Of a DNA stretch of 64,000 bases, positions 24,346 to 38,941 are shown piece by piece. A program made the translations under genes and the position numbers. The notes under the pieces were generated by a model. That model was not told the origin of the DNA, ran no database searches, and saw only the letters and a list, made by a program, of their open reading frames with translations. Source of the stretch: Scyliorhinus canicula (Eukaryota); assembly GCF_902713615.1 (NCBI RefSeq), contig NC_052149.1:143507383-143571382 (forward strand), read 5' to 3'. Position 1 is the stretch's first letter, and each line of letters begins with the position of its first letter.

Positions 24346-26777
24346 ACAGGTTCGATCCGTTTGTTACCAACGAAACAAACCAACAAAAGGGTGAGGGCAG
24401 TGAGTGTGGAGTGAAGAAGGATCCCATTGACTGAGATCACAATAAAATAATGATCACAATGGAGGCATCTCCGAATAAAGCAATCCAGGTAAACAGGGAG
24501 GCAGAAGGAGGAGAGACTGCAGGTGAAAAACGGCATTGGGAAACATTTGTCAAATGACCAAAGGGGGCTGGAAAAAAAATCCCTTTTGGGAAAGGAGGGT
24601 AAAAATGAGTTTGGTTTATTTCTCAACCACCCAAAACCAATGGCACCCACATGAGAATTCAGGACTTTTCTCTATGGCACTGAATTAGAAGACTAATTTG
24701 TCAATGGTGTATTGAATGGGGGGGGGGGGGGGGAGGCAACTAAAGTTCTACCAAAACATGATGGGGTTCTCTTAAACCATTTGTCTTCTCTCTTGTCTGA
24801 CCCAAAGGTGTCCTTTCTCTGTCTTGCATTTCAATTGGAAATTATTCTGCAACAAAGCCTTGTGTGGGTGGTGTGTTCTGCTATTTGCTGGTAACTTTCT
24901 CTAGCAGCAGGTATGGGGATTCCCCCTTTCCTCCCCCAGCCCTTCAGAGGATATGGATGAATTGAGCTACTGATGGTTAGTCAGGAGGCTCTGAAGCTTG
25001 GTCTTGTAAGGTTGGGTACGGTAATAGCCTAGCCATGGGAATATAATACAAAGGAACCATTGTGAATTGTTGTAAACATCTAATTGCATGGTTGGGAGTG
25101 GAGTTTCAATTATTGTAATGGGGAAACAAACAAGTGTTACCAATATTTAAACCAATGCTAGGGTTCACCAAATAGGTGGTGGTGCATTTATTAATCAGAG
25201 CCATAGGGTTTGAAGATTGATAGCTAGCTCTTGGTACTTGCTAAAAATGTAGCCTTGTCAAAAAGCCCTGGTGGTGTCTCAAGTGACAGGACAAGAGCTT
25301 AGGTGGCTTCAAACTAGAATCTGAAACCCAGGTTGAGCTGGTATCATTCTGTTGATATGGGGAGCATTATTACTTTTCACTTCCGGTGTTTTGGGTCAGC
25401 ACTTGGATATCCTAGCAGGCATTGGCAATCAGGACACTCCCTGTTGATAAGGTGGGATGACATGCTCACTGAGGGATTACCAATTGTGATGTAAGCATTG
25501 CAAATTTATTGAGTGATAATCTGCACTTGATTATCAGAAAATGGGACTTTCAGTGTGGCAATTGGGCATTTCATGTTTCTGGCATTTTGTGTGGCAAAGA
25601 AGTGCAGATGAGACTTGGACTACATCACGTTGAAACTGTCAAGGTAGCCGTCTTCGAAATGTTTAAAGAAAAAGCACATATACATGCTTTATATTGTAAT
25701 ATAATTAACAATTTCCCTATTTAAAAATTGAACTGACTTCTACATTTCATTGGTTTTGGGTACTAAGGAGGTTTCTAATAGCTTTCACACTGCTGTTTTT
25801 CCAAAAGCAGATTATTGTTGAGATTCAATTTTGCTTAATAATAACTCTTTTGTCCCTTTCACAAGTTTGTGTGTTCAAACCCAGTACTTGAGATCACAAT
25901 CTATGACATTACTTCAGTATTGTACTGAAGGAATGCTGAAATGTTGGATATGCTGCCTTTCGTATGAGCTCTTTAAATGTAAAAGAGTCCTTGGCTCCTT
26001 GAAGAAAGTCAGGAAGTTTCTGCGGTTTCCTGGTTAACGTTCATCCATCAGCAGCAGCATCACCAAGGCAAATCTACTGCTTGTTTATCTCATTTGCTCT
26101 GTTTGGAAAGTTTTTTCCCCCTGGAAATCAACTCTATTCATAAGCTTTGTAAAAGTACGTTACAAAATATTTGAACTTGAACATGACAGAAAGTACAATA
26201 AAATTCAACTTACCTCCATACAGTATGTTCCACTCTTGGATGTCTCTGTACAATTGTAATACTCTTGTTATTCATAAATGTACTTTCCATGTCAGGTGCA
26301 TAGTTCGAGAGGTTCCACAAATTTTTCAGCCTTCGTATACTATCACTTAAAAGTGTTAGTCAGTGATCTCTCCCCATTGCGCCACTGCGGTGGCTGCCTC
26401 AAGTGTTAGTGCATCTCTCGATCTGTTTGCAAACTTCCTGTGTGCAAAATGGCTTATACATTTACCCACATAATAGAGACCACGTAGTAATTGGTCATGA
26501 AGGACTTTCGGGTATCCTGACCAGATGCTAGGTGCTGTATAGATGCACGTACTTCTAAAACTTTATTAAAAAGATTTATTGGAATAAGAAGGAAAAACAA
26601 ATTATCAGAAAATGACTTGCCTCCAGACATATTTTCCTTATCTTTTTAATTGAAGATCCTCCATCCCTAGTATTTACTTCCCGTTATATTCATAAACTTG
26701 TACTTTTCTTTAGCTGTCTAAATCTCAGGGCAACTGTCAGAGGCTGAACCAGAGTGTTTGTGACCGTGGTGTCACAT

Positions 26778-27585
26778 TTTTAAAATACTTTTATTAAGGT
26801 ATTTGCAAAATTTTTATAACAAAAACAATAACATTGACATGGTAAAATAAACATTTCCCCACCCTACCCAATCTTCATGCACCTCAACCATCTAACACCT
26901 ATCCGCCCCCCTCTCCTTCAGAATGCTGCTTCTGCTGATATTTTAATTTTCCCCGAGAAAGTCGGCGAATGGCTGCCACCTCCGAGAGAACCCCAAATTG
27001 ACCCTCTTAAGGCAAACTTTATTTTCTCGAGGCTGAGAAACCCAGCCATGTCACTAACCCAGGTCTCGACACTCGGGGGCTTCGAGTCCCTCCACATTAA
27101 CAGGATCCGTCTCCGGGCTACCTGGGAGGCAAAGGCCAGGACGTCGGCCTCTTTCACTCCCGGATCTTCTGACACTCCAAAGATCACTACCTCTGGACTC
27201 GGCACCACCCGAGTTCCTAGCACCGTGGACATTGCCTTCCCCAACCCCTGCCAAAACCCTCTGAGCTTCGGGCATTCCCAGAACATATGGACATGGTTTG
27301 CTGGGGTTCCTGCGTACCTCGCACATCTATCTTCTACCCCGAAAAACTTGCTCATCCTCACCGCCGTCATGTGTGCCCGGTGGACCACCTTAAATTGTAT
27401 TAGGCTAAGCCTGGCGCATGAAGAGGAGGAATTGACCCTGCTTAGGGCGTCCGCCCATAGACCCGCCTCTAACTCTTCACATAGCTCATCCTCCCACTTG
27501 CCCTTAAGCTCCTCCACCAGGGTTTCCTCCGCCTCCAACAGCTCCTGGTAGATATCCGACACCTTCCCCTTCCCCACCCAGGCAA
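26778..27585 (-). mobile_element. L1-clade LINE 3' fragment (ORF2 C-terminal Cys-rich region, 3' UTR, A-rich tail)
   Basis: 219-aa open frame with LIQFKVVHRAH...C-x2-Y...HVHMFWECPKL..FW. Confidence 0.9.
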
Positions 27586-27619
27586 CAACATGTCCACACT
27601 ATCACTAAGACCACCTATT

Positions 27620-29270
27620 ACACCTCTGTAGCATTGTCAGATTCTGCCCCAGTCTTATCTCCCCTACTGCTGAAACCCACACCTCTACCAATGCTCTCCT
27701 GGCCAGCCTGCCACATTCTATTCGCTAAAAACTGCCAGTCATCTAAAGTTCAGATGCCAATGTTCTTACTAATGCTAAATCTAGTTGACCCATCACCTCC
27801 GTGCTTGCTGACCTATAATGGTTCTTGGGTAAGCAGTTCCTTAATTAAAACATTCTCATCCTTGGGAAATACTTTTCACGCCCCTGGTGGGTATGTTTCC
27901 CGCAGGGGAACGGGAGGTCACGTAAAATAGGGTGGGCACCCATCCCACCACCTTTCCACCCACCCTCATAATAATGGGTGCAGGCAGGTGCCAAAACCAG
28001 CAGCCTGCCCGCCATATTTCAATGAACAAATGGCAACATGGTGCACAGTAGTTAGCACTGCTGTCTCATAATGCCAGGGATCCTGGTTCAATTCCAGCCT
28101 TGGTGACTGTCTATGTGGAGTTTGCACTTTCTCCCCATGTCTGCATGGGTTTCTTCCGGGTGCTCCTGTTTCTTCCCACAGTCCAAGATGTGCAGGCTAG
28201 GTTGATTGGCCATACTAAAATTGCTCCTCAGTGTCCAGGGATGTGCAGGTTAAGCGGGGTTACTGGGATAGCGGAGGGAAGTGGGCTTTAGGTAGGGTGC
28301 TGTTTCGGAGGGTCAAATAACCTCTCAGTACTGCAGCGAGTCTATTGACTAATTAAGGGTCAAGTAGGCTTGTTATCATGCCAATGATCCCGATATTCTG
28401 CCTACTCCATAATACCTTTGGAGTGGGCAGCAGGACGGTAGTGGGAAGGCCGATTTTTAAACATAAATTTCTAATGAGGGGGTGCTCTTTGGGACTGCCC
28501 ATTGCCAATCGCAGGGCAAACTCCCTGAGACTGAACCCCCCCCCCCCCCCCCCTTCCTTACTGCCCACATTTTCCCTTAAACCCAATCCCCCCCACCCCC
28601 GGCCCAAGACTCCAGACTTAGCTGTTCCAGGGCCTTCGGGTTCTGTCAATACCAGCAGACCCAAAGCTGCCATGGCACCTTCCTGGCACTGCCAGGACTG
28701 ATGATGCTGGTGGCAGCTCTAGAAGGCTGATCGGCCAGAGGCAGGAGTATGATTCAACCCTTGTTAACAATCCCACAGCACTTTATGGCTGCAGGGCAGA
28801 TAGACCTGTGTTGGCTCCATCCCTCCATGTCCAACCAATTCCAACACCCCCCCCCCCCCCCCCCCCCCCCCCGGGACGTGCACGCACACACATCATTCCG
28901 CCCTTGTTTTCAAATCCCTCTATGGTCTTGCCCTTCCCTATATCTGTAACTTTCTCTAGCCCCACAAACTTCTAAAATAACTGCGCTCATGATTTCTGGC
29001 TTTTTGAGCATCTTTGATTTTAATTGCTTCACCATTGGTTGCTGTGGTTTCAGCCGCTTTGACTTTAAGCTCTGGAATTCTCTCCCTCAACTTAGATTTT
29101 CTCTCTAACTCTCTTTCCTCCTTTAAAACATTTCTCAAAAATGTGTGACAATTCCCCAATATTGCCATAAGTGGTTCTGTGTTACAATTTGATTTAAAAC
29201 ATTTCTATAAAACACTTTAGGATGTTTGATTATGTTAAATGCGCTGTATAAATATAGGCTGGTGTTTAAA
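27620..29270 (+). mobile_element. Old L2 3' fragment interrupted by a GC-rich MITE-like insert (about 27885-28880) that holds a V-SINE (28030-28320)
   Basis: L2-like segments ctctcctggccagcctgcc..., ccatcacctccgtgcttgctgacct and aagctctggaattctctccct flank the insert. Confidence 0.55.
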
Positions 29271-29845
29271 GTCGATAGTTTGAAATATTTAATGTTTAAT
29301 ACTCTGCATTCTATAATGTATTGAATAGTCTTCCCAAAAACAAAATTAAACTGTACAATATTTTCTAATGTTAAACAGTAGTATTTCATGGAATTTTCCT
29401 TATTCAGTTTAGTCTAAGTGTTAAAGAATGTTTTGTTTTCATTTACTCTTGGGACTTGAACATTGCTGGCAAGGCCAGCTTTAATAGCCTATCCCTAATT
29501 GCCCTTGAGAAGGGGTGAAGAGCCACCTTTTTGATGTACTGTAGTCAATGTGGTGCGGGTACACCCACAGAGCTGTTGGGATGGAATTTCCAGGACTTTG
29601 ACCCAGTGACAGTGAAGAAACGGCGATATTGGTCCAAGTCAGGATAACAAGTGGCTTGAAGAGGAACTTGCAGGTGGTGGTGATCTCATGCATCTGCTGT
29701 CCTTCAAGGTGGTAGAAGTTGCAGGTATGGATGGCGCTTTCATTGGAGGCTTGACGAGTGGCTGCAGTGCAGAATGCTGCCACTATGCTTTGGTGGTGGA
29801 GGGAGTGAATGTATAAGGCGGTGGATGCAGTGGCAATCAAGGAGA

Positions 29846-30495
29846 TTTGGATTTTTGTTTATTGTCACGTGTACGAGGTACAGTGAAAAGTATTTTTCTG
29901 CGAGCATCTCAACAGATCATTAAGTACATGAAAAGAAAAGAAAAGAAAATACATAATAGGGCAATACTAGGTACACAATGTAACTACATAAACACCGGCA
30001 TCGGGTGGAGCATACAGGGGTTAATCAGGTCAGTACATAAGAGGGTCGTTTAGGAGTCTGATAATAGCGGGGAAGAAGCTATTTTTGAGTATGTTCGTGC
30101 GTGTCCTCAGACGTTTGTATCTTCTGCCCGATGGAATTAGAATTAGAACAGTACAGCACAGAACAGGCCCTTCGGCCCTCGATGTTGTGCCGAGCAATGA
30201 TCACCCTACTCAATCCCACGTATACCTATCCCAGTAACCCAACAACCCCCATTAACCTTATTTTTTAGGACACAAAGGGCAATTTAGCCTGGCCAATCCA
30301 CCTAACCCGCACATCTTTGGACTGTGGGAGGAAACCGGAGCACCCGGAGGAAACCCACGCACACACGGGGAGGATGTAGAAGTTGGAAGAGTGAGTAAGC
30401 AAGGTGGGAGGGGTCTTTGATTATGCTGTCCACTTTCCCCAGACTGCGGGAGGCCTATATGGAGTCCATGGATGGGAGGCAGGTTTGTGTGATGC
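29846..30495 (-). mobile_element. Rex1/Babar LINE 3' fragment with nested 5'-truncated young V-SINE (30137-30375)
   Basis: Minus-strand homology to 33443-34012, including the gtgacaataaa tail. Confidence 0.75.
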
Positions 30496-30554
30496 CTTTT
30501 GAGTGTTGGTGGAGCTGCACTCATCCAGGCAAGTGGAGAATATTCCAATGACCG

Positions 30555-31760
30555 ACCCTGAAAAAGACCCATTTATCCCTACTCTGTTTCCTGTTAACTA
30601 GCCAATCCTCTATCTGTGCCAATTTGTTACTGTCTGCACCACGAGCTCTTATTTTATGAAGTAATCTTTGATATGGCACTTTATCGAATGCCTTTTGTAA
30701 AATCAAGCACACCAGATTTACAGGTTACCTTTATCCGCATTGCTTGTTACATCCTCAAAGAATTCTCATAAATTAGACAAACACAATTTATCTTTCACAA
30801 AACCATGTTGAGCCTGTTTGATTTTCTAAATGTCCTGCTATTATTACTTTCGTAATAATGGATTCTAGGGCAGCATGGTGGTGCAGTGGTTAGCACTCAT
30901 GGCGCCAAGGACCCGAGTTCAATCCCGGCCGCGGGTCACTGTCGTGTGGAGTTTGAACATTCTTCCCGTGTCTGCGTGGGTGTCACCCTCACAACCCAAA
31001 AAGAGTTGCAGAGTAAGTCAATTGGCCACGCTAAATTGCCCCTTTATTGGTACAAAAGAATTGGGTACTCTAAATTTAGTTTAAAAGTAATGGATTCTAG
31101 CATTATCCATATGACAGATATTAAGTCACCTGGCCTGTATTTTCCTGTTTTCTGTCTCCATTCTTTCTTGAATAGAGGTGTTACATTAACAATCATCTAA
31201 TATACTGGGACCTTTCCAGAATCTAGAGAATTTTGGAAGATCACAACCAATGCATCTACTTACTCTGCACCCTTTTCTTTTAGGACCCTAGAAAGAAAGC
31301 CATCAGATTCAGGGGCCCTGTTAGCCTTTAGTTCCGAGAGTTTTCCCAGTACCTCTGATTGTGATTGTTTTAAGTTCCTCTCTCCCTTTTACCTTTTGAT
31401 TTTCACGTGTTCTTGGCAGGTTTGTGTGTGTCTTCTACGTTGAAGATAGACACAATACCTGTTCAACACTTCTGCCATTTCCTTGTTTCCTATTATTAAT
31501 TGTCCAGTCTCACCCTGTAAGAGACCAATGCTCACTTTAGTTACTCTTTTCCTTTTTAGTACTCGTAGAAACTTGTTTTATATTGCTGGCTAGCTTTCTC
31601 TCATACTTTAATTTCTCCTTTCTTATTTTCTGTCAATCTTTGCTCATTTCTAAAATCTGTCCTACCTCAGACCTGCCACTAATCAGTGTTGTATTTTTTT
31701 TTCAATTTAATTTTATCTTTAAATTCCTTGGTTAGTCACTAATGGTGTATCCTTCTCATG
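30555..31760 (-). mobile_element. CR1 ORF2 fragment with nested A-tailed V-SINE (30869-31087, plus strand)
   Basis: QKAFDKVPYQRLLHKIRA..IEDWLVNRKQ; the SINE TSD taatggattctag lies at 30856-30868 and 31088-31100. Confidence 0.85.
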
Positions 31761-33166
31761 CAGTCTTTCTTTCTCAATGGAATATTTCTCAATGAAATGC
31801 TCTACTGTCCTATCGTGCACGTGTGTCATAAAGTTTAAACAAACGTTAACTAAATTGCAAATACAAAACATTAAACACAAGAAAACAAAAAAGATACGTA
31901 AAGATGAGATTTCCAACCACACTCTGAGATATTGTTGCAGGATTATTCTTTGAATTCCTTTCCCCTGAAGTACAGGGCTTGAAACTTTGAGGTTTGGTTT
32001 AACAGCTGCGATGGCTTGTGAGGCTGAAGAGTCAGACCCCTTTTTCATAGGTGGACCTGATCGGCCGAGAAGATACTGGGAAAGAGATAATGGCTCATTT
32101 GCTTCCTGGAAATTGCAAGTACTGAGACTTGAGGATTGCCTGGATTAATTTCAGCAGACCAGGGATGATTATCTGGATGCCTTACTCTGAAACTCGTAGT
32201 AGCAGAGAGAGAAAAACACAGCTCTCACAAGCTGTTCACAGTTAGGTCAGTTGATAGCTGTGGAAACTGATACTCCACGAGGCCCACGGATATTAATCAA
32301 GCCGTCCCGAGGGTCTCGTGGGGTTAATAACATCCCCCCCCGCCCGAAGTCCGTAAGTCCCTCTGAAGAATATAGAGCAGGAGGACACCTGTTCCTCTTC
32401 GCCCGCGGCTGCACATCCAGTGGCGTAGGCTGGGCTGGGCTGCAGTGCATATAGCGCATCAGGGAACGTTTCCTCAATGATCGCCTGGGAGGTAGCACCA
32501 CTGGTGACTGATCCCTGGCCAGGTCGTCGTCAGAAGCCTCGGATGCCTGGGTCTCCATTTCCTACCAACTCTCCCATCTCAGTGTCGGGGCCCCCAGGGG
32601 GTAACACCCCCTGGGCCCCATGTGTCGGGGCGACGTGGCTGGAAAACAGTTCCTTTGATGGGGCGTGGCCTAGCACTGGTTCCCTGCTCCTGAGGTGGTC
32701 AAGGTGCTTCTGGCACTGTCTGTTCTCACGTCTTCACCTGGTACAAAACTGGTTCGATCTGCTGGTCCACTGTCCCTGGAATCCATCGGGAACCCTCTCC
32801 GATGTTTTGGATGTATACTGCCTCTCCCGGTTTGAAATTCCTGGTCCGCCTGCCTTGGCTTCGCCTCAGCAGGTCCGACCATGTTGTACTTTTCCCATCA
32901 ATATCAGGGAACGTGAGGCTGAGGCGGATCCGGCCCATCAACCGCTCTGCCGCGCTATGCCAGCCGCGGTATTCGGCGTGGTCCGATAGCTGAACAAAAA
33001 CCTTGCTAGTTCTGTCTCCACGGAGCCTATGGTCTGTTTCTTCATTCCTCTTTTGAAGGCCTGCACCGCTCGCTCGGCCAGCCTGTTTGAGGAAACTTGA
33101 TTTATTGCCGTGCCGATGTGCCACACTCCATTTGTCTTCATAAACCAATCAAACGCGCTGCTGGTG

Positions 33167-34372
33167 AACATAAAAACATAAGAACTAGGATCAGTTGTCA
33201 GCCATCTGGCCCTTCGAGCCTGCTCTGTCATTCAATAAGATCATGGCTGATCTTTTTGTGGACTCAGCTCCACTTTCCCGCCCTCTCACCAAAACCCTTA
33301 ATTCCTTTACTGTTCAAAAATCTACCTAGCTTTGCCATTAAAAACATTTAACGAGGTAGCCTCAACTGCTTTACTGGGCAGGGAATTCCACAGATTCACA
33401 ACACTTTGGGTGAAGCCATTCCTCCTCAACTCAGTCCTGAATCGACTCTCACAAACTTCTACAGATGTGCAATAGAGATGTGCAATCACAGCCTGGTATG
33501 GCAACTGCTCGGTCCAAGATTGCACAAAACTGCAGTGTGGTGAACTCAGCCCAACGCATCACACAAACTTGCCACCCCCACATTGATTCTGTAATCACCT
33601 CTCGCTGCCTCGGGAAGGAAGACAGCATTATCAGAGACCCCTCCCACCCAGGCATTGCCTTCTTCCAGACCCTTCCATCAGGCAGAAGGTACAGAAGTTT
33701 GAAGACCCGCACATCCAGACATAGGAACAGCTTCTCCATGGCTACGAGACTCCTCAACGACTCCCCCTTGGACTGATCTGTTCCCTGTAAGAACACTATT
33801 CACAACGCCCTATGCTGCTCTTGCTCATGTGTTTGCTTTGTTTGGCCCCTTGTTCCGCACTGTAACCAATCACTGTTTTCTCGATGTACCATTTGTCAAT
33901 GTTCCCTGTTGATTATTCTTGTGTCTACTATGTACGTACTGTGTACGTTCCTCAGCCGTAGAAAAATACTTCTCACTGTACTTTGGTACATGTGACAATA
34001 AATCAAATCAAATGAATCTACCCCCCCTCATTTTGAGGCTATGGACCCTAGTTATAGTTTCACTCACCAGAGGAAACAACCTCCCTGCTTCTATCTTATC
34101 TATGTCCTTCATAATTTTATAAGATTTCCCTCTAATTCTTCTAAATTCCAATGGGAATAGTCCCAGTCTACTCGGTCTCTTCTCATAAGCCAATCCTCTC
34201 AACTCAGGAATCAACCTCGTGACCTCCTCTGCACGCGCACCCCCCCCCCCCCCCTCCCCCCTCCCAGTGCCAGTACACCCCTTCATCCCTTCTCAGTAAG
34301 ACCAAAGCTGTACACAGTACTCCAGGTATGGCCTCGCCAGCTCCCTGTACAGGTGCAACATTACCTCCCTGC
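33167..34372 (-). mobile_element. CR1 3' fragment nested in the Gypsy integrase
   Basis: CTTATGTT-type tail at 33167-33185; YEKRPSRLGLFPLEFRRIRG. Confidence 0.85.
33443..34012 (+). mobile_element. Rex1/Babar LINE 3' fragment nested in CR1
   Basis: SIIRDPSHPGIAFFQTLPSGRRYRSLKTRTSRHRNSF; tail gtgacaataaatcaaatcaaa; flanking tgaatc duplication. Confidence 0.85.
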
Positions 34373-36360
34373 CTTTGAAGGTCTGAAACGCCTTCGCCAT
34401 CCTCGAGAGTGTCAGCGATTTAAGCCTCGATCGATCCACTTTGAGTTCCCGCACACAATTGAAGACCCCCACCAAGACCAACCGGTGTGTATCCAAATTA
34501 GAGATAGAGGCCAGCAAACCCTTAATAAATGGCAAAACATCCCATTTAGGGGCATACACATTGAACATAACTACCAAAGTACCTGCCAAGGACCCACTTA
34601 CTATCACATACCCACCGTTGGGGTCCGCCACAAATCTGGTGGCCAATAGGGGCACTCACTTATTAATCAAAATTGCCGTGCCTCGGGCTCTACAATCGAC
34701 GCCCAAGTGGAACACGTGCCCTATCCACCCCCTCCAGAGTCTGGTCAGATCTTTCACCTGCAAATGGGTCTGCAAAAACGCCACATCAGCATTTAAGTTC
34801 TTTAGATGAGATAAAGCTTTTAATGTCTTCACTGGACCACCCATTCCCCTTACATTCCAGATGACCAGCCAAATTGGGGTTTTCCCACCTCTTTCCTTCC
34901 GGAATCAGCCATTTCCACCGTCGGGTACAAATAAATAATGATTTTAAGAGATATCATTCAAAGGTCCTCCCAAGATGGCAGCCAACCCCGCCCTCTGAAA
35001 AATACAAAGAATGTTCTAGATCAACCAATTAATCTCTTCCCCCATTCCCCCTTATTGCCCCCAAATTCCCAAACTGGAACCAGAACCACAGCTTCTCTTT
35101 TCCCTGCCCCCACCCCCGCTCAACCACGACACTATACACACCAAACCAGATCGAACTGGTTTTATGGCTGCAGCATCTCACTCCTGTCGCCAGCATTATA
35201 CACTGCTAGCGAGGTAGCTCCCACCAGGACAATGAAAAGGACAACAGCATTGCCCAACACGAGGATCAACTATTCCTGAAAAGAAAAGGGACCCATGAAA
35301 CATACAACATCGAGAATCCCCCGTCATCCTCAGGAACAGAGAAAACAAGCTATAACGACAGAATATCTACAACTACATACAAAATATGTTCCCCCCCCCC
35401 CCCCCCCCGCCCCCGCCCCCAACTTCAGCCCAAAATCCTCATAAGAAAGCACAAACAAAATCTCCCAAACAACACCTTTTGTTTAATTGGGCCCCAGTCC
35501 ATGTTTGTTAATAAAGTCCTCCACCTCCTCAGGTATCTTAAAAGTCCTTAGCCTCGTGTGCAACCCGCAACCTCACTGGGTACACCACTCCGAATCGAAA
35601 CACCCTTCCTTATAGAGAGTGGCTTCACCTTGTTAAAGGTCATCCACTTCCTTGCTAGCTCTGCCCCCGTGCCTTGATAGATCCTTATCAGATTTCCATA
35701 CCATTTTATGTCGTAGTCCATCTTGGCCCACTGCAGGACCTTCCCTTTATTCCGAAAACTGTTGAACTGAATGATCATCGCCAGAGGTGGCTCATTTGGT
35801 TGAGGCTTCTTCCTGAGCATCCGATGGACCGTATCGAATATCGTCGACTTTCGCCTTCAACCTATTATTTTCATTGGCAGCCACTACATGTCTTGGCCTC
35901 CAACAGCTCATGAACGCTTCTTCAATACCTTCCAGAATCTCACCATGTTCTTTAACCGTCGCAATGGCTTTATCAAGCTCCACCTGGACCGGGCCCAACA
36001 CTTTCTCAATCGACTTACATAATGTCTCCGAGACCAACTTCCACTGCTCCTCAGAGTGTATTTCAAATTGTGTATTGAATTCCTTAGCCAGCACGTCCGA
36101 TAGCATATCTATTGGCCCTCACCATCTTTGCTACCGTGGAGTTCCATGAGGCAGCCAAGTCCATTGAAGGAATATCTACGCTGGATTTCCTAGTTTCTTT
36201 CCCCTTCCTTTTGGGCATGAATTCGGCACGGGGATAACCTGTTGTATCGGTCTTTTAATGTTTTTTAATGAATATCACCTGAATAAACAGGCAAAATTGC
36301 CTAAAAACTGCAGATCCCAGCACAAGCTACAAAAAGTGCGTCCCGCATCTTTTGCATGTG
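34373..36360 (-). mobile_element. L1-clade LINE 5' portion (ORF1 plus APE endonuclease start), degenerate
   Basis: ORF1 AANENNRLKAKVDD / IIQFNSFRNKGKVLQWAK..IRIYQG; endonuclease LKNLNADVAFLQTHL, DPNGGYVIVSG and NVYAP. Confidence 0.85.
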
Positions 36361-36541
36361 GCCACCCAGTTAAGGTGTCCATAAAGTCAAGTATCGTAGC
36401 GACTTTGTCAACTTTCAGTGAGGACAGGGAGTGCATCGACAGTGGGAACCTGCCCAATGCGGCCATGTTTGTAATTTGCATGCGTGGGCGATGATCAAAG
36501 GTGTCCCTATACGCTCAGCAACAGGGCCCATCGCTGAAGCC

Positions 36542-37571
36542 TGTTATGGGCCAGGGCTTAGAAAATACAAATTATATTATAAAGTCCACCCAACCTACAG
36601 CCTCGATGTTGAATTTGGCTAAGATAGCACGAGAGTCTTTCTTTCAGGTGTGATTCAACAGTTTTCCAAGACACTTTAGTGAAAACAAGCTTTATTCTAA
36701 GAACGTAGTTAACATATAGGGCATATAACATATAACATTTAGGGCAGCACGGTAGCATGGTGGTTAGCATAAATGCTTCACAGCTCCAGGGTCCCAGGTT
36801 CGATTCCCGGCTGGGTCACTGTCTGTGCGGAGTCTGCATGTCCTCCCCGTGTGTGCGTGGGTTTCCTCCGGGTGCTCCGGTTTCCTCCCACAGTCCAAAG
36901 ATGTGCGGGTTAGGTGGATTGGCCATGCTAAATTGCCCGTAGTGTCCTAAAAAGTAAGGTTAAGGGGGGGGGGTTGTTGGGTTACGGGTATAGGGTGGAT
37001 ACGTGGGTTTGAGTCGGGTGATCATTGCTCGGCACAACATCGAGGGCCGAAGGGCCTGTTCTGTGCTGTACTGTTCTATGTTATATATATATATATATAT
37101 ATAAATAAACAAACAGAAAGAATTTTTGTCAATTACAAACATAAACACACGGCTACAGGAATCTATGTATATGACTTCATTAATTTCCCCTTCACTGTTC
37201 CAATTGTAAAACAAAATCCCAGAAACAAAAAACTCCTTTTCAAGGGCGTGGCCCAGCACTGTGCCTTCTCACTTGAATGAGACTGGCTTTCCCTGAGATT
37301 CTGACCCCGTCTCACCAGCAGGTTTAAACTCCTTCCGGAAAGCAAACTATATCTTTGAAATTACCAAAGCAGATAGCTATAATCAATGTTTTTTTTTCCT
37401 GGAACAACTCTTTAAACTGAAAACATAGAAAGACAGGAAAAAGCACAGCAGTCAAAATGAAAGTGAAAACACAAATCTCACACAGCCACAGCTCAGCTCC
37501 ACCCACACAATGGCATCACTGAAGCCATGTGATAAGACACAATCCTTTCTTAAAGGGGCACTCGCATGACA
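36542..37571. mobile_element. Solo LTR inserted in Gypsy pol, carrying a young V-SINE (36741-37082, plus strand)
   Basis: TGTTATG...CATGACA termini, near-TSD agcc/agct, and the pol reading frame (APIQL|QRWALL) resumes across it. Confidence 0.8.
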
Positions 37572-37933
37572 AGCTGGATGGGTGCTATTGACAGGATCGC
37601 CTTGTCCTATTTAAAAAGCCTTAGCAACGGCTTGTGGTCCGTCACAATGGTGAATCAATGCCCATACACGTACTGATGAAATGTCTTCATCGTGAATACA
37701 ACAGCCGGTCCTTCCTTTTCTATCTGGGCGTAATTGCATGCCGCAGTGGCCAATGTCCTTGGCACAAATGCTATCGGCCTTTCTCTTCTGTCAGCCATGC
37801 AGGGGGACAATAGAGAACCGATTCCGTAAGGCGAGGCATCGCATTTCACCAAAAGAGTCTTGGAGGGATCTTAATGTGGCAATAATACAGACAACGTTAG
37901 CTGCTGCTTTACCCTGGCAAAAGCATCCTCCTG

Positions 37934-38133
37934 GGGGCGGTGCAGTGGTTACCATTGCTGTCTCATGACGCCAAGGACCTAGGTTCGATCCCGGCCCCTG
38001 GCCACTGTCGGTGTGGAGTTGGCACATTCTCCCTGTGTCTGTGTGGGTCTCACCCCCACTTCCCAAAGATGTGCACGGTAGGTGGATTGGCCACTCTAAA
38101 TTGCCCATTAATTGGAAAAGAATGTTCTTTAAA
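37934..38133 (+). mobile_element. A-tailed V-SINE with 15-bp TSD
   Basis: TSD aaaagcatcctcctg at 37919-37933 and 38134-38148. Confidence 0.9.
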
Positions 38134-38941
38134 AAAAGCATCCTCCTGAGGCCCTCTCGATGCCCATTCTTGGTGCTTCTTCAGCAGTGCATGCAATGGG
38201 GCAAGGATGGTCATGAGGCCAGCAATAAATTTCCTGTAATAGTTTACGACACATAAGAACAACGATAACTCTGTCGCATTTTCTGGAGTGGGGGCTTGCC
38301 TAATTGTCTAATTGCACACACCTCCTCTACCAGGCGTAGCCCTTTCGGATCCACACAATACCCTAAGTATGTAACTTCATTGGCGTTAAAAACTCACTTT
38401 CCCCTCTTGAGACAGACTCCATCTCAGAAAACTGACAGAGGACTTCCTTCAGGCTGCTCAGGTGCTAATTTCCGTGGTTCTGGTGACCAGGACATCATCC
38501 AAGTCGACTGTCACATGCAGTAGCCCCCTCAAGGTGTTATCAATACGCTGAAAATTGCACAAGCCGATGACACTGCAAGTGGCAGTCTTGTGCAGTCATA
38601 CAGTCCCCTGTAGGTGTTAGTGGTTACGTAATGCCTAGATTCGGCGTCCAGCTCCAGCTGGAGACAGGAATGACTCAGTCAAGCTAGGAAAAGGAATGAT
38701 CCCCAACCGACTTCATGTATAGGTCTTCTATCCGCAGCATTGGTACCTGTCCAGACTGGAGACATTATTGATGGTCAATGTATAATCACCGCACAGGCAA
38801 TGGTTTTGTCAGGTTTTAGTACCGGGACTACTGGTGCTGCCCAATCAGCAAACGTTTTTTTAGAAAATATTTTATTCACGGTATTTTTACACAAAAAAAG
38901 CAGAAGAACAACAGAACAATTCAATAAACAATAAAGGACCA

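Noticed and set aside
31719-32230. Exon-like ORF MKKGSDSSASQAIAAVKP...
   Set aside because: It lies in LTR-like sequence next to the Gypsy PPT/LTR start and shows no recognisable homology.
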